DNA from: Gemmatimonas sp.
GTDB lineage: Bacteria; Gemmatimonadota; Gemmatimonadetes; Gemmatimonadales; Gemmatimonadaceae
Assembly: GCA_965279375.1 (NCBI GenBank)
Contig: OZ257156.1
Coordinates: forward strand, 3,168,001 to 3,232,000
Length of the DNA: 64,000 nucleotides
Reading direction: 5' to 3'
The translations under genes and the position numbers were made by a program. How positions within the stretch are numbered: the first letter of the stretch is position 1; each line of letters opens with the position of its first letter. Shown in pieces: positions 59,112-64,000 of this stretch. The notes under the pieces were generated by a model. It saw only the letters and a list, made by a program, of their open reading frames with translations. It did no database searches and was not told the DNA's origin.

Positions 59112-62100
59112 ATGCTCCTGAGTCTCTTGTCCAATCGTCGGCGGCTCGCGCCGCTGGCCCTGCTGTTCACCCTCGGCGGAACAGCGAAGGCGGTCGCCGC
59201 CCAGGCCACCGAGGGTTTCGTGGCCGGAACGGTTCGTGCCGCCGCCGGCGCGCCCGTCGTGGGTGCTACGGTAACCGCCCGCAATGAAGCCACCGGCACG
59301 CAGCAGGTCCGCCAGACCGACGCGCGCGGTCGGTATGTTTTCGCGCAGCTCCCGATCGGCGGACCGTACACGCTGTCCGTACGCCAGCTCGGCTTCCGGC
59401 CGGCACGGCGCACCGGACTGATGCTCAATCTTGGTGACCGTGTGGCGCTGGACATTTCCCTTGACGTTTCCGCGACGGAACTGGCCGCCATCGACGTGAA
59501 GGCAGACCGCGAGAGCAAGCGCGCCGAGCGCGTGGGCGGCAGCACGGTGGTGACGGAGAAGGAGATTCGTCAGCTTCCGATTCAGGACCGCTCCTTCGCC
59601 GATCTGTCGATCCTTGCGCCCACGACGTCGCGCGCCGGCACCGGCGGCATCATCACCTCGTCGTCGAGCATCGCTGGCGGGCGCGTGTCTGGCACGGACA
59701 TTCGCGTGGATGGCGTGCAGGCCAAGAATACGATCTGGGGCGCGGGCTTCGGTCGCGGTCCGTATTCGATCTCGGTGGAAGCGGTGCGCGAGTTCGAAGT
59801 CGTGACGAACGTCTATGACGTCACGCAGGGACGTCAGGGTGCGGGCGCGGTGAACGTGGCGACGCGCGCGGGCACCAACACGACGACCGGCTCGCTGTTC
59901 GTCTACAATCGCAATCAGGACTTCACCACCAAGACGAACTTCCTCGGGCAGAACATCACCAAGTTCGACAACCTGCAGTTTGGTGGCGCGCTTGGTGGTG
60001 CACTGGTGAAGGACAAGCTGCACTACTTCGTGGCGTACGATCGACAGCAGGTGGCCGAGCCGTTCTCGACGCTGCAGGTGGAGAACAACGCCGACTGGGC
60101 GCGATTGCAGGTTGCGCCCGACAGTGTCGCGCGGTTCCTCGACATTCTTCGGCGATCGTATGGACTGCCCACCGGCAAGCAGGCGGGCACGTTCGATCGC
60201 GGCAACACGCTGAACACCGTCTTCACTCGCTTGGACTGGCAGCTCAACGACGCGCACCGAGCGACGTTCCGCACGACCTACTCGGACTTCTTCTACGACA
60301 ACTCGATTCCCGATCGCGAGCTGTCGGTGTTCGAGAGCCGCGGCAATCAGAAGTCGCGTGAGATCCAGTCGATGGCGTCGGTGAAGTCGAACCTGCCGGG
60401 TGCGTGGACCAATGACGCGCGTCTGGCCTACACCAATCGCATCCTGCAGAACGAGCCGAACACGCGCCTGCCGCGCGGCTGGGTGAACGTCTCGTCGGCG
60501 CTGCCCAACGGTGGTACCGGCGCCAACCAGATCCTGCAGTTCGGCGGACAGCGTACGAGCCCTGAGCTGCAGACGGAAGAGTCGTATCAGCTCGTGGATG
60601 TGCTGCGTTGGGATCGCGACAACAGCGCGTTCACCTTCGGTACGGATCACTCGCTCAATAACCTTTCGATGTTCGTCTCCATCGAGACGGACGGACTCTT
60701 TCAGTTCGCCAATCTCGCCGCTCTCGAAGCCAAGCGGCCGTCGTCGTTCGCGCGCCTGGTGCCGCTCAAGGAACTCGAGCCGCGCATGCGGCAGTGGGTG
60801 TACGATGGCGGCGTGTTTGCGCAGGGGGAGTTTCGGTTGCGCCCCAACCTGAACGTGACGGCGGGTTTGCGTGCCGATATGACGGCGTTCCTCACGGGAG
60901 GTAACCCGAACGCCAATGTGGAAGCTGCGTTCGGCAAGCGTACCGACGTCAAGCCGACGGACATCGCGTTGCAGCCGCGCGCGCAGCTCACGTGGACGCC
61001 GGGTACTTCCGGGAAGAATCTGGTTCGCCTGGGCAGCGGCTACTTCACCGCGCAGCCGCACTACATGGCGCACATCAACAACCTGCTCAACGACGGATCG
61101 CAGTTGGCCGACGTGCTGCTCACCGGCGCGGCGGTGCCGACGCCCGACTTCAACGCGTATCGCCAGTCGTTTGCGAACACGCCGGGCATTCCGCAGGGGA
61201 GCGGTGCCCGACCGGCGTACATCAACATGTTCGGCCCCGACTTCAAGGTGCCGCGTACGTGGAAGAGCGACATCGCCTATCAACGCCGTCTCTTCAACGG
61301 CAACCTGACACTCGGCGCGGCCGCGCAGTACGCGCACACGTCGGAGCTGTATCGCTACGTGGACCTCAACCTGCGTGCGACGCCCGACTTCACGCTGGCC
61401 AACGAAGGCAACCGCAGCGTGTTCGTGCCCGCCACGAGCATCACGGCGACGGGTGGGCGCAACCCGGTGCTGGCGCGTCCGTTCGCGCAGTTCCAGCGTG
61501 TGCTCGAGCTGCGCAGCGACGCCGGGCAACACCAGAAGGCCGCGTTCATCGACGCCTCGCTGCGCCTGCCACGCAACGGTTCGATCAGCGGCTCGTTCAC
61601 GCTCAACGAAACGCGTGACAACAGCTCGTTCAACTGCTGCATCGCGATCACGTCGGTGTTCACGCCAGTGCCAAGCGATCCACGCGTGGCCACGTGGGGC
61701 GCAAGCGGTACGGACTTCCGTCACAAGCTGGTGCTCTACGGCGCGACGCCCGAGATCGGTGGCTTCCAGTTGAGCGCGCGCGTGATCGGTCAGTCCGGTT
61801 CGCCGTGGTCGGCCACGGTGGCGCAGGATATCAACGGCGACGACGTGGGCGCGGGAAGCTCGTTCGGCAACCAGAACGATCTGGCCTACATCTTCAATCC
61901 GGCGACGCCGGGGTTGCGACAGGGCTTCGCCGACTCGCTGCGACTTGTCTACAACAACCCGCAGAACATCGGTGGCGAATACCTGCAGGCCAATATCGGC
62001 CGCATCGCGGACCGCAACACGATTCGCAACCCGTTTGTCACGCAGGTGGATGTGCGTGTCTCGCAGAAGCTGCCCACGCTGCGTGGACAGCGCGCCGAGC

Positions 62101-62312
62101 TGACGCTCGACGTGTTCAATGCCGCGGCGCTGATCAACCACAACTGGGGCGCGGTCGTGGTGGTGCCGGGCGCCAACCAGACGCTGCTCAACGTGATCGG
62201 CTTCGATCAGACCACGCGCGAGTATCGGTACCGCGTGAACCCGAACTTCGGTCGGACGGTCAAGACGGGGAATCGCTACCAGATGCAACTGGGCGTGCGG
62301 TACCAGTTCTAG
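59112..62312 (+). CDS. TonB-dependent receptor, Oar-like, with N-terminal carboxypeptidase-regulatory-like domain
   Basis: Signal peptide, G.V....GA.V, plug R.LP...R.F..L, EAVREFEV, C-terminal QLGVRYQF. Confidence 0.9.
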   Translation: MLLSLLSNRRRLAPLALLFTLGGTAKAVAAQATEGFVAGTVRAAAGAPVVGATVTARNEATGTQQVRQTDARGRYVFAQLPIGGPYTLSVRQLGFRPARRTGLMLNLGDRVALDISLDVSATELAAIDVKADRESKRAERVGGSTVVTEKEIRQLPIQDRSFADLSILAPTTSRAGTGGIITSSSSIAGGRVSGTDIRVDGVQAKNTIWGAGFGRGPYSISVEAVREFEVVTNVYDVTQGRQGAGAVNVATRAGTNTTTGSLFVYNRNQDFTTKTNFLGQNITKFDNLQFGGALGGALVKDKLHYFVAYDRQQVAEPFSTLQVENNADWARLQVAPDSVARFLDILRRSYGLPTGKQAGTFDRGNTLNTVFTRLDWQLNDAHRATFRTTYSDFFYDNSIPDRELSVFESRGNQKSREIQSMASVKSNLPGAWTNDARLAYTNRILQNEPNTRLPRGWVNVSSALPNGGTGANQILQFGGQRTSPELQTEESYQLVDVLRWDRDNSAFTFGTDHSLNNLSMFVSIETDGLFQFANLAALEAKRPSSFARLVPLKELEPRMRQWVYDGGVFAQGEFRLRPNLNVTAGLRADMTAFLTGGNPNANVEAAFGKRTDVKPTDIALQPRAQLTWTPGTSGKNLVRLGSGYFTAQPHYMAHINNLLNDGSQLADVLLTGAAVPTPDFNAYRQSFANTPGIPQGSGARPAYINMFGPDFKVPRTWKSDIAYQRRLFNGNLTLGAAAQYAHTSELYRYVDLNLRATPDFTLANEGNRSVFVPATSITATGGRNPVLARPFAQFQRVLELRSDAGQHQKAAFIDASLRLPRNGSISGSFTLNETRDNSSFNCCIAITSVFTPVPSDPRVATWGASGTDFRHKLVLYGATPEIGGFQLSARVIGQSGSPWSATVAQDINGDDVGAGSSFGNQNDLAYIFNPATPGLRQGFADSLRLVYNNPQNIGGEYLQANIGRIADRNTIRNPFVTQVDVRVSQKLPTLRGQRAELTLDVFNAAALINHNWGAVVVVPGANQTLLNVIGFDQTTREYRYRVNPNFGRTVKTGNRYQMQLGVRYQF

Positions 62313-62340
62313 CCAGCGTCCCCAAGCGGCTGTCCAACAA

Positions 62341-62380
62341 CAACGCCCCCGAATCGGCTGGTGCCGGTTCGGGGGCGTTG
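62341..62380. terminator. Strong hairpin between the convergent TonB receptor and tRNA genes
   Basis: caacgcccccgaa...ttcgggggcgttg perfect 13-bp arms. Confidence 0.75.
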
Positions 62381-62400
62381 CGCGTTGCGTTCATAACCCA

Positions 62401-62472
62401 TAGGCCCTGATGGAATCGAACCATCATCATCGGCTTCAAAGGCCGAGGTAATAGCCGTTATACGAAGGGCCA
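62401..62472 (-). tRNA. tRNA-Gln (anticodon TTG), CCA not encoded
   Basis: TGGCCCT-TC-GTATAACGGCTATTAC-C-TCGGC-CTTTGAA-GCCGA-TGAT-GATGG-TTCGATT-CCATC-AGGGCCT-A folds as a 72-nt cloverleaf. Confidence 0.93.
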
Positions 62473-62517
62473 AGCGAAGTCGTAGAGTATTGGGGGGCGT
62501 GGTCGCTGCGCCAGTCC

Positions 62518-63927
62518 CTACGGTCGCTTGGAGGGCATCGAACCAACCGCGACGGGTGCGGTGGCGGGCGTCGTGCTGCGCTCCGCGCGCTCCCAGTCGT
62601 GCATGGGGAGGGCGTCACGTGCGCGGACCCCGTCGGCGAAGGGCCCGAGCAGGTGCACGATGCTGTTAGCGTAGTACGTGATGAGCGGGCGGCCTTTGGG
62701 AAGAATCAGGAAGCCATCGCCGGTACGCGCAATCACACGGCGCATGCGCAACATGCGGTACGCCCGATCGAACGTTTCGCCGATGTCGCGATCGGCACGA
62801 ACGACGCGACCGTTGAGTTCCATGAGCACGTCACGCATCGCGGCCATGCGCTCGAGCAGCTGCGTGCGCGTAACGAAGTCTGCGTCGAAGCTCTGCAGCG
62901 CGGCGCAGGCCAGGGGGACCGGCGTGACGGGAATGATCGCGCCAATGCGATCGAGCACATCATCGCAGAAGCGCTGGACCGCGGGAAGACGTTCGGCACG
63001 CGGCATATCGAACAGCGCGGTGCCGTCCGCCTCGACCTGTTTGAGCCACGTATCCACCGATAGCGGCGCGCCGATCGTGACGGCAGCACGACCGTACTTG
63101 CGCCAGCGCCCCGTCAACAGCCGAGCCGAATTGTAGAACACGAAGCGACTCACTTCGCGGAGCTGTGCCCAGCGCGAAGTGACCGGGCGATCTGCCTTGG
63201 CCTCGAGTTCGCGCAGCAGCGAGCGGTCCTCGATCACGCGATCGTAGTTGATCCCGACCGGCACGACGTACATGCGCGAACGCACACCGGGCTCACGAGC
63301 GACACCAAGTGCGTAGTCGAGCAGGCCGATCTTGCCCGGGCGCAGCGCGCCATCGCGTGTGAGGCCGCCCTCTGGGAAGACACCCTGCGTCACGCTGTTG
63401 CGCGTGATGAGCTGCACGTACGCCTCGAGGACGGCATGATACAGCGGCTCGCGATAGCGACGGCGAATGAAGTACGAGCCGAAACTCTTGAAGACGAACT
63501 CCAGCGGAAACGCGCGTGCCCACTCGCCGACGGCATACGAAATGGAAACGTCTCCCATCATCACGTAGGCCACGAGCACATAGTCCGCGTTGGAGCGGTG
63601 GTTCATCAGGTAGATGACCACCGAATCGCGCGGCAGCCCGCGAAACGGATCGGGGCGTTCGTACTCCACCGACACCTTGTAGAACAAGCCAAGCACGGCG
63701 CGGCTGACGTAGTAGCCGAGGTGGTAGTAGGCGAGAATGTTGAAGAAGGGGACGATCTCGTCGAGATAGCGTCTGACCCGTTGCCACGTGACGGCGGTCT
63801 CTTCGCCGTTCGCTTCGGCGTGCGCGCGTACTGCTGCCGCAACTTCCGGGGACTGCAACAGCTGCTCGACGACGAATCGTTTGCGCGTCAGCTTGAAGTG
63901 ATTGACGTCAATGCCGCGCCCCGCCAT
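62518..63927 (-). CDS. Glycerol-3-phosphate / lysophospholipid acyltransferase (PlsB-like)
   Basis: NHRSNADY (HxxxxD), FIRR, FPEGG.TRDG, VPVGINY. Confidence 0.85.
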   Translation of the reverse strand: MAGRGIDVNHFKLTRKRFVVEQLLQSPEVAAAVRAHAEANGEETAVTWQRVRRYLDEIVPFFNILAYYHLGYYVSRAVLGLFYKVSVEYERPDPFRGLPRDSVVIYLMNHRSNADYVLVAYVMMGDVSISYAVGEWARAFPLEFVFKSFGSYFIRRRYREPLYHAVLEAYVQLITRNSVTQGVFPEGGLTRDGALRPGKIGLLDYALGVAREPGVRSRMYVVPVGINYDRVIEDRSLLRELEAKADRPVTSRWAQLREVSRFVFYNSARLLTGRWRKYGRAAVTIGAPLSVDTWLKQVEADGTALFDMPRAERLPAVQRFCDDVLDRIGAIIPVTPVPLACAALQSFDADFVTRTQLLERMAAMRDVLMELNGRVVRADRDIGETFDRAYRMLRMRRVIARTGDGFLILPKGRPLITYYANSIVHLLGPFADGVRARDALPMHDWERAERSTTPATAPVAVGSMPSKRP

Positions 63928-63935
63928 CGCACGCC

Positions 63936-64000
63936 CTACGCGAGCGCGTCGAGCGGCCAGAGCCAGGCCGCGCCGCGCACCCCGCTCGAGTCACCATGCA
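63936..64000 (-). CDS. C-terminal end of a ROK family sugar kinase (Mak/fructokinase-like), partial
   Basis: Minus strand reads HGDSSGVRGAAWLWPLDALA*. Confidence 0.75.
   Translation of the reverse strand, partial: HGDSSGVRGAAWLWPLDALA

Noticed and set aside
59085..62288. 1067-aa antisense ORF covering the TonB receptor, and similar long antisense ORFs over smc, the Omp85 gene, ychF and rimO
   Set aside because: These are shadow ORFs. In high-GC coding DNA the sense codons TTA, CTA and TCA are rare, so the antisense frame lacks stops; the translations show no recognisable motifs.
58764..62472. tRNA-anchored genomic island
   Set aside because: No integrase and no duplicate of the tRNA 3' end were seen near prs.

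Overview
This is a GC-rich, densely coded bacterial chromosome segment. Gene content, the short FCB-type sigma factor and an Oar-type TonB receptor suggest Gemmatimonadota, which is an inference and not a database result. It is mostly core genome: comM, an NtrC-type regulator, lepB, a sigma70 factor, yajQ, rimO, hemL, prfA-prmC-tmk, a long minus-strand run (rpsF-rpsR-rplI-rsfS-Omp85-SPOR-SPOR-smc-aroF-lolA), the prs-rplY-pth-ychF cluster and tRNA-Gln(TTG). I found no integrase, transposase, prophage or CRISPR array. The most unusual arrangements are: (1) a UDG-superfamily glycosylase translationally coupled between the two subunits of an ATP-dependent hydantoinase/oxoprolinase; (2) a metalloprotease/propeller/Omp85 gene followed by two SPOR proteins, one with a degenerate MinD/BY-kinase-like domain, coupled to smc; (3) an orphan protein resembling a contractile-injection-system fibre N-terminus; (4) a Crp + MBL hydrolase pair with a near-consensus CRP box; (5) a tRNA-Gln with a U1:U72 mismatch. 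All functional calls rest on motif recognition by eye; no searches were run.
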